The notes under the pieces are model-generated. The model had not been told where the DNA came from. It worked only from the letters and a program-made list of their open reading frames with translations, and ran no database searches. From Octopus sinensis (taxonomy: Eukaryota): DNA of 64,000 nt. Both the position numbers and the translations under genes were made by a program. Shown piece after piece: positions 1 to 11,754 of this stretch; position 1 is the stretch's first letter; each line of letters starts with the position of its first letter. The stretch spans positions 92,690,001-92,754,000 of the forward strand of contig NC_043002.1 of the NCBI RefSeq assembly GCF_006345805.1, written 5' to 3'.

Positions 1-313
1 TGTATAAGGGTTCAGTTACACCCTCTACAGCGACAATTTGGGACATCCTTATTGGGTGACTCTGAAATTTGCTCGATAGAGGGCTGCCTTAAAATTAGAC
101 AACAATGATGAGCTCATGGTGGAAGAACCTCGATCCAATAGCTTGATCTGCTAACAGAAGCAGCCATATCTTCCTCAAATCACATCTCACTAAAGCATGA
201 ATCTAGTTGCTAGGCCTGTTACAAATAGTAATCAAATTTTTCTTAAACCTCACCTCACTACCTTTAAAAGACAATCGGATATTATATCACATCACAACAT
301 ACCACCCACAGCA

Positions 314-408
314 CGACCCCGGCGGAATTTGTACTCGGGACGTAGCGACGGACGAAATACCGCTAAACACTTTGCCCGGTGTGCTAACGATTCAGCCAGC
401 TCGCCGCC
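314..408 (-). mobile_element. SINE-A 5' fragment (tRNA-derived head)
   Basis: Reverse complement reads GGCGGCGAGCTGGCTGAATCGTTAGCAC...GAGTACAAATTCCGCC, matching the head of the full copies at 7972 and 31906. Confidence 0.75.
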
Positions 409-409
409 A

Positions 410-1031
410 TAATCTTTTCTATTATAGGTAGAATGCTTGAAATTTGGTGGGATCGGGAAAGTCGATGACATGAACCCAAGTACTTGACTGGTACTTAATT
501 TGGATCTTTTCGGTTTGAACGGCAGTTTTTAGCATAATTTCTAGGTAACTAAAAAATTTTAAACTTCGTATACTGGTAGAATGTGTTTATAAAACATCTT
601 TTTCTCTTGGCTTTATTGAGAAAATTGTATTGTTTGTTTCTTCAATTTCTGCAATTTCAACCAATCACTGATGTCTATTGAGGTAAAAAAAAAAACATTC
701 TGTGCCGTATGAATATGTCCCTCGTTTAAGAAACAGATTGGGTTTATTTACATTTGTGAAGAAAAAAAGATACCCTTCCCTTAACCCTAACCCTAAAACA
801 GATTGAAATGCAATAGATCGATTCTAGGGTCATAATTATGGGTGGCAATTTCATATGACACCGCTAGAAAAAAACTACCGTTCAAACCGAAAAGATCCCT
901 TAATTTATCAACCCCGAAAGGATGAAAGCCTAAGTCGACTCCGGCGGAATTTGAATTCAGAACGTAGCGATGTGTGAAATATCGCTAAGCATTTCGTCCA
1001 GTGAGCTAACGATTCTGCCAGCGCGTTGCCT
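410..1031 (-). mobile_element. Older SINE-A copy split by a MITE insertion at 502-898
   Basis: GTACTTAATTT|ATCAACCCCGAAAGGATGAAAG is continuous across the MITE; head lies at ~940-1031. Confidence 0.75.
502..898. mobile_element. GGATC-ended MITE copy 1 (non-autonomous DNA transposon, 8-bp TSD)
   Basis: TIRs GGATCTTTTCGGTTTGAACGGCAGTTTTT / AAAACTACCGTTCAAACCGAAAAGATCC; exact TSD CTTAATTT at 494-501 and 899-906; internal TAACCCTAACCC. Confidence 0.9.
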
Positions 1032-1585
1032 TTGTAATAAATAATAATAATAACAACAACACAGTCTTACAAAGGTTAGTTGGCGATTATATATGTGCAT
1101 CGTGTTTACATTCATCGCTCCTCTCAAACATAAATCCAATTATTGTTTGTGACTCCACATACAATTATTTCACAATATATACGAGAGTGGGAGTGAAGAA
1201 ACGAGCGAGCGAGCGAGTACCAATGATGGTGGAGTGGAAGAAGGTGACGTATGAAATATTAGATGCTGTCGTTAACAGTAATCCTATGCCATAGAATAAT
1301 CTTAGTGGTTATAATCCAGAGAGACAAGTGACGAACGAATGGGAGAAAGAGAGAGAGAGGGGGGGAGGACATTAGTCACGAAGGGGTTGTAGGCGTTGCT
1401 GATGTGTGTGTGTCTGTAACGAGAGAATGTGAGGGGTGAAAATATACGGACACAGGGGTGTAAGCGTGTGTGCCGACGCTTATATACACATACACACGTA
1501 TACTTTGTGTGTGTGTTTCGCTCAGGCAAAGCGACATCGATGCCAGAGACAGCTAATGAACTTTTATTACACAATTTCCTCTTGT

Positions 1586-1637
<52 letters not shown>

Positions 1638-1683
1638 GACGGAGAAGGAATAAGTGAAAGACTAGGACAAATGAGCAGAGAAG

Positions 1684-1845
1684 AAAGTTGTAGGTGTATG
1701 TGAATATACATACATATAAATAATTATACACACACACAAACACACTGTGGTTGAAGTTGAAAGTTGTAGGTGTATGTGAATATACATACATATAAATAAT
1801 TATACACACACACACATACAAACACACAGTGTGGTTGAAGTTGAC
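1684..1845. repeat. Tandem duplication of a ~77-85 bp unit
   Basis: AAAGTTGTAGGTGTATGTGAATATACATACATATAAATAATTATACAC...GTGGTTGAAGTTGA occurs twice. Confidence 0.85.
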
Positions 1846-2058
1846 ATATAGACATAATAGGGTGTAGGCGTTTATATAGAAACGTCATTTTTTTTCTTCT
1901 TCATATCATCGGAATTCATATATATATATATATATCTTCACATGTTATCATCGGGAACATATGACGTGCATTTTTGCATATAAATATGTCTGTGTGTCAG
2001 TCTGTTTCTCCCATATATATATATATATAGATATCTAGTCTTATATATAATATATTAT

Positions 2059-2195
2059 ATCCGGTCCCACTCACAAGTAATATCTATATATATATATATA
2101 TATATAATTATAATATATATATATATATATATCCGTTCCCACTCCAAAGTAATATCATATATTATAGATATATATCCGTTCCCACTCAAGTAATA

Positions 2196-2229
<34 letters not shown>

Positions 2230-2295
2230 CCGTTCCCATCACAAGTAATATCTATCTATATATATATATATATATATCCGTTACTCACAAGTCTA

Positions 2296-2344
<49 letters not shown>

Positions 2345-2525
2345 TCCCACTCACAAGTAATATCTATCTATCCATCTATTATATATATATATATATCCGT
2401 TCCCACTCACAAGTAATATCTATCTATCCATATATATATTATATGATATATACGTTCCCACTCACAAGTAATATATATATATATGTTTTGCTTGTGATTA
2501 TATTTTTTTTTCTCCCACTCACAAT
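2059..2525. repeat. Minisatellite: TCCGTTCCCACTCACAAGTAATATC core with variable (TA)n spacers
   Basis: About 9 copies of the core separated by TA/TCTA runs. Confidence 0.85.
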
Positions 2526-2957
2526 GTATATTTGCAATTCATATAAGTACACCCACTTGCACAAGCATGCGAGTGAGTGTGTATATGTGTGTGTGTGTAT
2601 TTTAATACTCTTCGTCCTACACACGCGAACGGTTTATTTACATTTTCTTTTTGCTTTTTAGATTTCTTGCATAACTCCTTTACCATTCTTTGCGTGGTCG
2701 TTGTTTAACTCCAGGACAATTCCCATCAAGCAGACTCATGACCAAAGACAATAGATTCGAACCCATGACCAGCATATTCCTTTTTTTTGTCTTTCTTTCT
2801 TTCCTCGGTGTTTGTTTCGTAAAGAGAATAATGTACTCTGTACTTCTTATTCTTTATGGTTTGAGGAAGATTTAGCTGCTACTTCATATTTGGGCATCAT
2901 ATGCGATCTTTTTGTTTATATTTCCAAACACAGGATGGTCTATTTTATCTTCTAATA

Positions 2958-3665
2958 TTTTATTTGTTTGTCATTTGACTGTGGCCATGCTGGGGCACCG
3001 TCTTGAAGAATTTTAATCGAAAGAATCGAACCCCATTAGTATCTGTTTTAAAGCCTGACATTTATTCTATCCGTCTCTTCTGCCGAACCACTAAGTTACG
3101 GAAACGTAAACACACCAACACCGGTTGTCAAGTGGTAGTGACGGACAAACATACACACATTAGACTTCGCTGGCGAAGGCTGGAAGCCCGTCGCATATAT
3201 ATATATATACGCGTGTGTGTGTGCGTACATGTCCCCCACAACCGCTAGACAACCGGTGCTGGTTTGTTTATGGCTGGAATGGCTTTGATCATAGATACGT
3301 CTGCATCAATCTCCTAGATGAGCTGCGGTTAAACGATAACTGTAACATTTTCAAATCGATCTCAGTCCTTAGTTTTTTTTTAAGCCTTGTACTTACTTAT
3401 TCTATCGGTTTTTTGCCAAACCGCTAAGTTACGGGGATGTAAATACACCAGCACCGGTTATCAAGCAGTGGTGGGATGCGCGCGTACGCACACATACACA
3501 CACACACGTACATATATACTTTCCGTCTACCAAATTCACTCACAAAGTTTAGGTCGGACCGGACTCATAGTAGAAGACATTTTGTCCAAGGTGCCGCGCT
3601 GTGAGATTGAACTCAAAATCCCATACTTACAACGCGAGTTTCTTAAACCAGAGCTGCCATGCCTC
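2958..3665 (-). mobile_element. Two diverged SINE-B fragments
   Basis: GTCATTTGACTGTGGCCATGCTGGGGCACC tail motif, TTCTATC...CCGAACC-CTAAGTTACGG, TTCCGTCTACCAAATTCACTCACAA. Confidence 0.65.
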
Positions 3666-3759
3666 CACCTACAAAAATCAACAGAAAAAAAAATCATAAT
3701 CCTCATTTGAGCCAAAACAAATTATGCCAATTGTGTGTGTGTGTTGTGTGTGTGTGTGT

Positions 3760-3795
<36 letters not shown>

Positions 3796-4302
3796 CGGTG
3801 TGCGCACGTGAAGTTGATTCCAGTATATTTAAGCTCTGATTTAACGACAGTTAAATTCGTCACCTCGTTTAACACCCCCCCCCCCTATCTCTTCAGCCAT
3901 CCTAAAAATCTGTTCCTTAGTGGAATCCACTCTATTGTAATCACAGAAACTAGGTTTATCAATGTAACAAACCAAAACAAAAAGAAAAATGGTGGTGGGG
4001 GGAAAAAAGGCTCATCACGTGTCATTTCCTCCTACTTCAATAAACTATAAACGGTAGTTTCTACCTCCTCCTCCTCCTTCACCAGTTTTACTGCTCTTGT
4101 CTTCTTTGACTGAAAGTCATGAAAGAAAGGAAAGGAAAGTAGAGGAAAAGAAATGTTATTGAGCTATGGTAGACAGTATATAAAAGCCTCCTGAAGGAAT
4201 CCTACCCATACCGTTGCGAGTTCACGGGTCGTGGACTTGTTTTATTGTGACGAAGGGCGGCTCATCATCATGATGGTGGTGGAGCAAGGTGGTAAATATC
4301 AC

Positions 4303-4721
4303 GGATCTTTTCGGTTTGAACGGTAGTTTTTTTCTAGCGGTGTCATATGAAATTGTCACCCTTAATTATGACCCTAGTATCGATCTATTGCATTTCAATC
4401 TGTTTTAGGGTTAGGGTTAGTTAGGGATGGGGGGAAGGGTATCTTTTTTTTTTCACAAATGTAAATAAACCCAATCTGTTTCTTAAACGAGGGACATATT
4501 CATATGGCACAGAATGTTTTTTTTTTACCTCAATAGACGTCACTGATTGGTTGAAATTGAAGGGAAAAAAAACAACAAATATCTTACAAACTATAGAATT
4601 TTCTCAATAAAGCCAAGAGAAAAAGATGTTTTATAAACACGTTCTACCAGTATACGAAGTTTAAATTTTTTTAGTTTCCTAGAAATTATGTTAAAAACTG
4701 CCGTTCAAACCGAAATGATCC
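4303..4721. mobile_element. GGATC-ended MITE copy 2 (opposite orientation to copy 1)
   Basis: Both TIRs present; internal TTAGGGTTAGGGTTAG; no TSD visible. Confidence 0.9.
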
Positions 4722-4984
4722 AGCTGTATCATTAAATTCAAATGAAGACATATTAATATTTCCATAAAATATCTTTATTCAGGTCTGTGTGAATGTGTGT
4801 GTGTGTGTGTTTTGTATATCTTTGTGTCAGTGTATTTGTGTGTGTGTGCGTGTATGTGTTTGGGTATGTGTTAGTCTATCCGTTGCCAGTAATAAGTGTG
4901 AGCTTCTGAGTATGTTTCTGTGTGTGCGCGCGCGCGCTGTTAATTCTATATTTCGCTGTGTGGCATTGTCTGTGTGTTTGAAAA

Positions 4985-5510
4985 TGTGTGTGTATTTGTA
5001 TCTAATTGTATGTGTGTGCGTGTATCTGTATATCATTGTGTGTGTGCGTGTGTATCTATATCATTGTGTGTGCGTGTGTATCTGTATATCATTGTGTGTG
5101 TGTGTGTATCTGTATATCATTGTGTGTGTGGTGTGTGTGTGTGTGTATGTGTGTATCTGTATATCATTGTGTGTGTGTATCTGTATATCATGTGTGTGTG
5201 TATCTGTATATCATTGTGTGTGTGTATCTGTATATCATTGTGTGTGTGTGCGTGTGTATCTGTATATCATTGTGTGTGTGTATATGTATATCATTGTGTG
5301 TGTATCTGTATATCATTGTGTGCGTGTATATCTGTATATCATTGTGTGTGTGTGTGTATCTGTATATCATTTGTGTGTGTGTGTGTATCTGTATATCATT
5401 TGTGTTGTGTATCTGTATATCATTGTGTGTGTGTATATGTGTGCGTATTTGTATATCATTGTGTGTGTGTGTGTATGTGTGCGTATTTGTATATCATTGT
5501 GTGTGTGTTA
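4985..5510. repeat. Minisatellite (TG)n-TATCTGTATATCAT
   Basis: Many units of TATCTGTATATCAT followed by (TG)n; source of the spurious 189-240 aa ORFs. Confidence 0.9.
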
Positions 5511-5817
5511 GTTATGTATCGTTGTCTGTCTGTTATATTATGAGCGTGTGCGTATGCTACTCTGTGTGTGTGTGTGTGTGTGTTTACACATACGCTATTG
5601 TGAGACTGGCTATTGCGTATGTGTGCGTGTGCAGATGTATAAATGATTTATTTATTTATTTATTGGCATGGATTTTTCTTTTCATCACAAACGAGATAGG
5701 AAAGGCAGCAAAAAAGATTTTGTGATGTTGATGCCTTTCTCAGTAAATCAATACACCAGAAATATTTGTGCTCAAAACGGAAATAGTTTTTTTTTGGGGG
5801 GGGGGGGGTTCTCATTT

Positions 5818-6410
5818 TTGTTTCAGTCGTTGGACTGCGGCTAAGCTGGGGCACCGCTTTCAAAGGTTTTAGTCGAACAAATTTACCCCCCCCCCCCACT
5901 AATTTTTTTTTTTTTTTAGTGTCGGTTTAACTATCGGTTTCTTTTCATCGGACTGCTGCGTTACGGGAGCGCAAACAAACCGACACCGGTTGTCAAGAAT
6001 AATGATCCACACATACTCACACACACACACACACACACACACACTTCCGCAGTTTCCCGTCTAGTAATTTATTCACGAGGCAATTGGTCAATCTGGAACT
6101 CCATTAGAAGACACTTGCACAAGGTACCTATTTCTTTACTACCCACAAGGGGCTAAACACAGAGGGGACAAATGGATTAAGTCGATTATAACGACCCCAG
6201 TGCGTAACTGGTACTTATTTAATCGACCCCGAAAGGATGAAAGGCAAAGTCAACCTCGGCAGAATTTGAACTTGGAACGTAGCGACAAACAAAATACCGC
6301 TAAGCATTTCGCCCGACGTGCTAACGCTTATGCCAGCTCACCGCCTAAGGTACGCGTAGAGGAACTGAAACCGAAACTATGTGTCTAAAAAGTGAGCTTC
6401 GTAAACAACA
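5818..6410 (-). mobile_element. Diverged SINE-B hosting a SINE-A insertion
   Basis: TTGTTTCAGTCGTTGGACTGCGGC tail, AGAAGACACTTGCAC-AAGGTAC...GGAACTGAAACCG head remnant. Confidence 0.6.
6128..6346 (-). mobile_element. SINE-A, near full length
   Basis: CTATTTCTTTACTACCCACAAGGGGCTAAAC tail to CCGCCT head; TSD AAGGTAC at 6121-6127 and 6347-6353. Confidence 0.9.
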
Positions 6411-6424
6411 CATGTTTACCGGTT

Positions 6425-6460
<36 letters not shown>

Positions 6461-6696
6461 CAAGATCACACACAATCGGACATGGGAAAGCGTTAAACAT
6501 AAAAGTCGAATCGCCTTCTTAGCAAGCACCGTAGAATCTTTCATGAAAAAAAAAAAAATGAAAATGGAAATGCTATATCACATTGGATAATGACCTCTTT
6601 CGTCTATGTAAAATCGATGAGATTCACAGCTTGAATGCCTTTGATCATGCGTTTCCTCAATCGGGGCTCGCCTCAGGCCTGGGCTTAACAATTTCA

Positions 6697-6749
<53 letters not shown>

Positions 6750-7202
6750 ATATATTTATTTATTTATATATACACACACACGCCCACACACTCACGTGTA
6801 TGCGCCTGTATTTATAACAGAGTGTGAATTTGTGAACGCAAGCACGTATATAGCATCTCTATTCAGTAATTGACTTATCACTCTCTCTATATATATATGT
6901 GACTTGTGAGTGTACCGTGTACTTTTAAGCTGACGAAAAGAGCGTGTGGGTGAGAGAATAGTGTGAACGACCATATGATTTCGTTCTGATGTGTTTAATA
7001 TCTGCTTTCTTTAAGTGGATATTGTCATGCTTAAGGGAAAAATCTGATCTTTGTTAGCGGACACACTAACAGCAGCAGACATGTTTTGATTCTTGTTGGA
7101 TTTCGTTAGCGAATTGTAGACAGTGCAAACCCGCTTGATCAATAAACCGAAATTTTAACATGTGCGCGCTACAATAACCAACTGGTATGGGGTAAGATTT
7201 TT

Positions 7203-7627
7203 GGATCTTTTCGGTTTGACCGGCAGTTTTTTCTAGCAGTGTCATGAAATTGTCACCCATAATTATGACCCTAGTATCGATCTATTGCATTTCAATCTGT
7301 TTTAGGGTTAGGGTTAGTTAGGGTTAGTGGTGGGTGGAAGGGTATCCTTTTTTCTTCACAAATGTAAATAAACCCAATCTGTTTCTTAAACGAGGTACAT
7401 ATTCATACGGCACAGAATGTTTTTTTACCTCAATAGACGTCACTGATTGGTTGAAATTGCAGAAATTGAAGAAAAAAAAACAACAAATATCTTACAAACT
7501 ATAGAATTTTCTCAATAAAGCCAAGAGAAAAATTGTTTTATAAACACATTCTACTAGTATACGAAGTTTAAAATTTTTTAGTTACCTAGAAATTATGTTA
7601 AAACTGCCGTTCAAACCGAAAAGATCC
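7203..7627. mobile_element. GGATC-ended MITE copy 3
   Basis: Both TIRs; body highly similar to copy 2; no TSD visible. Confidence 0.9.
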
Positions 7628-7708
7628 CCACACAAAACAATAATGTATCACTTTTTTCTTAACATGGTAGGTGATTAGAGAAAGGTTTCACATTATTCCA
7701 AAAAAGAA

Positions 7709-8274
7709 TCCCTTCGGTCATGAATGACCGTGGGATTGCACCTAGAAAGTTTTCCCCCAAGGCACAAGTCTGGGCAAGGTTGTTTATGGAAGACCAACAG
7801 TCGCCCATGCGTGCCAGCCCCCTTCTCCAATACCACCGATGTTACCTTAAAGTGTCTTGCTCAAGAACACAACACACCTCAGTCCGGAAATCAAACTCAC
7901 TTCCTCATGACTGTGGGCCCGACGCTCTGACCACCTTCAATTCCAACACACCTCGGTCCGGGAATGCGGGAAAGGCGGCGAGCTGGCAGAAACGTTAGCA
8001 CGCCGGGCGAAATGCTTAGCGGTATTTCGTCTGCGTTACGTTGTGAGTTCAAATTCCGCCGAGGTCGACTTTGCCTTTCATCCTTTCGGGGTCGATAAAT
8101 TAAGTACCAGTTACGCACTGGGGTCGATGTAATCGACTTAATACCTATGTCTGTCCTTGTTTGTCCCCTCTGTGTTTAGTCCCTTGTGGGTAATAAAGAA
8201 ATAGGTCCGGGAATCAAACTCACTTCCTCATGACTGTGGGCTCGACGTTCTAACCACCGAGCCTCGCGCCTTCA
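7709..8274 (-). mobile_element. SINE with C-type tRNA head and alternative tail, interrupted by SINE-A and a local duplication
   Basis: CCCTTCGGTCATG...GGGATTGCACCTAGAAAG tail shared with 60841-61136; AAGTGTCTTGCTCAAG core; head TAACCACCGAGCCTCGCGCCTTCA. Confidence 0.7.
7972..8204 (+). mobile_element. SINE-A, full length
   Basis: A-box-like TGGCAGAAACG, B-box GAGTTCAAATTCC, core GCCTTTCATCCTTTCGGGGTCGATAAATTAAGTACC, tail AAAGAAATAG; TSD GTCCGGGAAT. Confidence 0.92.
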
Positions 8275-8556
8275 AGTTATATTTGTGTATAATATATGTA
8301 TAAACATTGCTCCGAAATTTTGTTATAACTCCTTTCTTCTACTAGCTCCGCCACCGCCACCAATGTAGTTTATCTATCTCTGTATTACACGTTGGGCTGT
8401 GTCAAATGCTTCGCAGTGAAATCCAAGCTGGCGGCTGGCTCTACGACTGAAGAAAGTTTGTGTTAAGCAGGAAGACACAGTAGGACAAACAAACAAACAG
8501 GTGTTCCTTCTCATGGCTGTGTTTGCTGGTGTCTCGTGTTCTCTGTTATTTTATGG

Positions 8557-8586
8557 TTATATAAATAAGCCAGCTGATGACGTCAT
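8557..8586. promoter_or_regulatory. Candidate cis-regulatory cluster (TATA-like, E-box, palindromic CRE)
   Basis: TTATATAAATAA (8557-8568), CAGCTG (8571-8576), ATGACGTCAT (8577-8586) adjacent in non-repetitive DNA; motif evidence only. Confidence 0.25.
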
Positions 8587-8655
8587 TGATAGGCAGGCAG
8601 GTAGATAATAAAATGATGGATAGTTTGACTGACAGGCGACCAGCTAGCAAGGTAT

Positions 8656-8698
<43 letters not shown>

Positions 8699-8967
8699 AT
8701 CACGCACACACTCCCATACATGCTTGTTATTCATGTGGAGAGATTAACTTACATAGGTTAAGTGAATATATTACTGATAATCTTTACGTATATGTTGCAT
8801 ATATGCGTGTATGCGCGCCTTAGTGTAAAACATCTTACAACTGGCTTCTTAGCATTCATACATACAAATGTTTCTTTTCCTTATTTATTTATTTTTCGTT
8901 TGTAAATAGAATTCTTACATACACTACTACCACCACACACACACACACACACACACACAGAGCAATG

Positions 8968-9387
8968 GGATCTTTTCGGTTTGAACGGCAGTTTTTAACA
9001 TAATTTCTAGGTAACTAAAAAATGTTAAACTTCGTATACTAGTAGAATGTGTTTATAAAACATCTTTTTCTCTTGGCTTTATTGAGAAAATTCTATAGTT
9101 TGTAAGATATTTGTTGTTGTTTTTTCTTTTCTTCAATTTCTGCAATTTCAGCCAATCACTGACGTCTATGGAGGTAAAAAAAAAAAACATTGTGCCGTAT
9201 GAATATGTCCCTCGTTTAAGAAACAGATTGGATTTATTTACATTTGTGAAGAAAAAAAATACCCTTCCCCCCACCCCTAACCCTTAAACAGATTAAAATG
9301 CAATATATCGATACTAGGGTCATAATTATGGGTGACAATTTCATATGACACCGCTAGAAAAAACTGCCGGTCAAACCGAAAAGATCC
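8968..9387. mobile_element. GGATC-ended MITE copy 4 (same orientation as copy 1)
   Basis: Both TIRs, full body; no TSD visible. Confidence 0.9.
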
Positions 9388-9408
9388 ATGCCTTTGTTCG
9401 TATATATA

Positions 9409-9703
9409 CACCTCCTCAACTTACGATCTATGCGACTTACGACCATAAAAATTAATTAATTATAAATCGATTTTCGGACGTTGGGCAGCTGCGCGTACGA
9501 TAACTATGGCAGCATCTTGGCAACGCATGCTTCCCTCGGGCCCAGACATCCACTGCCTGCTACTGTCTTTCATTCAGTCACTTTCAAACATTAGTTGCAT
9601 TTGAATGAAAATAGTGTTGAAAAATATATATCCGACTTACGACCAGATCGACTTATGACCTGTCAGCCGAATCGGAACTCGGTCGTAAGTCGAGGAGAAG
9701 GTG
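9409..9703. mobile_element. Tc1/mariner (pogo/Tigger-like) MITE
   Basis: TA|CACCTCCTCAACTTACGA ... GGTCGTAAGTCGAGGAGAAGGTG|TA; repeated subterminal CGACTTACGACC motifs; TA at both ends. Confidence 0.75.
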
Positions 9704-9911
9704 TATAAACGCGAACTTATGTACTTATGCATACGTACATACATTAATATATATCCTTTAAAGCACACATACACACTCGCACGCACATGTAACTCATACA
9801 CTAACACATATCCACTAGCATACACACAAGGATGTTATACAGAATCTTCCCTGATTCAACCTGGTGACTTGAAGGGCCATATTGGTTTATGATTACATCC
9901 AAAGTCTAGGA

Positions 9912-10248
9912 CAGGGATTCTCAACCATTTTTTTTTTTTTATCCATGGACCCCTTTGATTAATATTTTATTCTGGTGGACCCCTATAGCCATTCAATGTT
10001 TAAAAACTAGTTTTACAGAAACTTCTTTCAAAATTCCTTTTTCTCTTTTTTGCTCATTAATTCGTCTAGGTTGAACTATGTAAAATGTTAGAGGAAAAAT
10101 ACCTAGCTGTTTCTTGCAATACTTACCAATACATATATCTAAAGCAAAATCTTTTGATGGGCTCTTAAAATACTATTGTGGAGACCCTATCTACTATTTT
10201 GTTGTGTGGACGCCCCCCCCCCCCCAAATCTTATATGGAACCTCAGGG
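9912..10248. mobile_element. hAT-type MITE, right terminus lost
   Basis: Left end CAGGGATTCTCAACC; body homologous to 14686-15028 and 38360-38670; 8-bp GTCTAGGA at 9904-9911 and 10249-10256. Confidence 0.75.
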
Positions 10249-10955
10249 GTCTAGGAGAACAAACGGAAACTTCTCAAAAACTGTTGACAGTTTGTGATTG
10301 GTGGATGATATCTGTCAAAGTTTGCTACGTCCAGGAGTCTTGGAGTTCATGCCACTGGACCAATGTATTTCTTCCACTGTTAAAGATAGTGAAAATGGCT
10401 CAACTCCATAAACAGGTCTTCCTCCAAGCCATGGATCTCGTATTGGTCGTTTGTCGATCCACAGACGTTGGCTCTCGTGGTCAATCAGAGATTACTGTCG
10501 ACCACAACAATAAACATATGCACGCAGATACACAAATGTAAAGACATGAATTTCGATGGGTCTGTGTATTCAATTCTTTAGAAACATACGCATTAATTTA
10601 CATATATCCACATATGCATACAACACTGTGCTTGTGTTTGGTTTATAACCCTGCTTTTAAGTATATGAGTAAATATATAATTGTATATTTATGTTGTGTA
10701 TGTATATATGCATATGTGTTAATGTATGTATATATATATATATGTGTGTGTATGTACATGCTCAGAAATACTTAAGCTACAGGTGTGTAACAATGTGGAT
10801 ATTCACACACGTGTATTCCACGTATGTACGAAATATACAATTTACAAGTAGGCAGAGAAGAGAGAAAGAGCAAGAGTGAGAGAGACAGACAGACGGACGG
10901 ACGGACGGACAGGCTGATAAATAAACAGATAGACCGACACATAGCTTAAATTCTG

Positions 10956-10996
<41 letters not shown>

Positions 10997-11754
10997 CAAA
11001 GTTCCTTTTCATGTCTTTCTGAAGATATTCATATAATTATTTCTGCTTTGTGATTTAGTGTTCAATTTTCGATTTTTCTTTTCTTTCTTTGATCTTTAAT
11101 GTAATCATTTTTTCCTGTTTCTCATCTTTTTTTTTTTTTTTTGTCGTTTTCAAACTTTAGATGTTACAAATATGTGAATGTGTGAGTGGGGGGGGAGGGA
11201 GAGTATTCGTGTTTCTGTATGTGGGCGTTAGTGTTTGTAACGTATGTGCCTCTTAGTGTGTGTGTGTGCAATATCTGAAAGTGGGTGTTAGTATTTCTCG
11301 ATGTGTGTGTGTGTGTGTGTGTAGATATTAGTAGTGGACATAAACCGTCACCTTGTTTAACACCTCTTCCAGGCTATTCATTGTCTTTGGCGAATTACAC
11401 ACTTTCATAGTTTTTTTTTTTTTTTTTTTTTTTTTTTTGTTAGAGTATTTCTTTTGCAATAATTTAATCTAGAAGGGTAGGGGCTGTATCCTTGGGTTTC
11501 ACTGACCCTTCGAAAACAAGCCTCGAGTCTCTGCTTCATGTCTTCCCTCCCTATCATCCTAGAAAGACCCGAAAACGGCCGTTGATTTATTTCCATGCCT
11601 TTTAACTAACTCATTAAAGAAAATAAATTTACCAAATCCTCTTCGGGTGACAGGGAATGAAAAGTGAAGTGCTGCGTGTGTAGCTAAATATTATTGTCCG
11701 GTATTAGTAATAAATAATAGTGATGATGATGATGATGATGATAGTAATAATAAT

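Noticed and set aside
2059-2525. Repeat-spacer pattern reminiscent of CRISPR
   Set aside because: Spacers are (TA)n rather than unique sequence, there are no cas genes, and the context is eukaryotic
4405-4430. TTAGGG repeats as an interstitial telomere
   Set aside because: Only 2-3 units and an integral part of the MITE consensus
4789-5725. Overlapping 189-240 aa Cys/Val-rich ORFs (also 17.2-17.9, 28.3, 34.2, 48.7-49.4 and 57.9-60.1 kb)
   Set aside because: Microsatellite and minisatellite translations open in several frames at once
6200-6388. Recurrent peptides MRNWYL..RPRKDERQSRPRRNLNS and DRLLSVSVYQIHSQG in many ORFs
   Set aside because: Antisense translations of SINE-A and SINE-B, not a gene family
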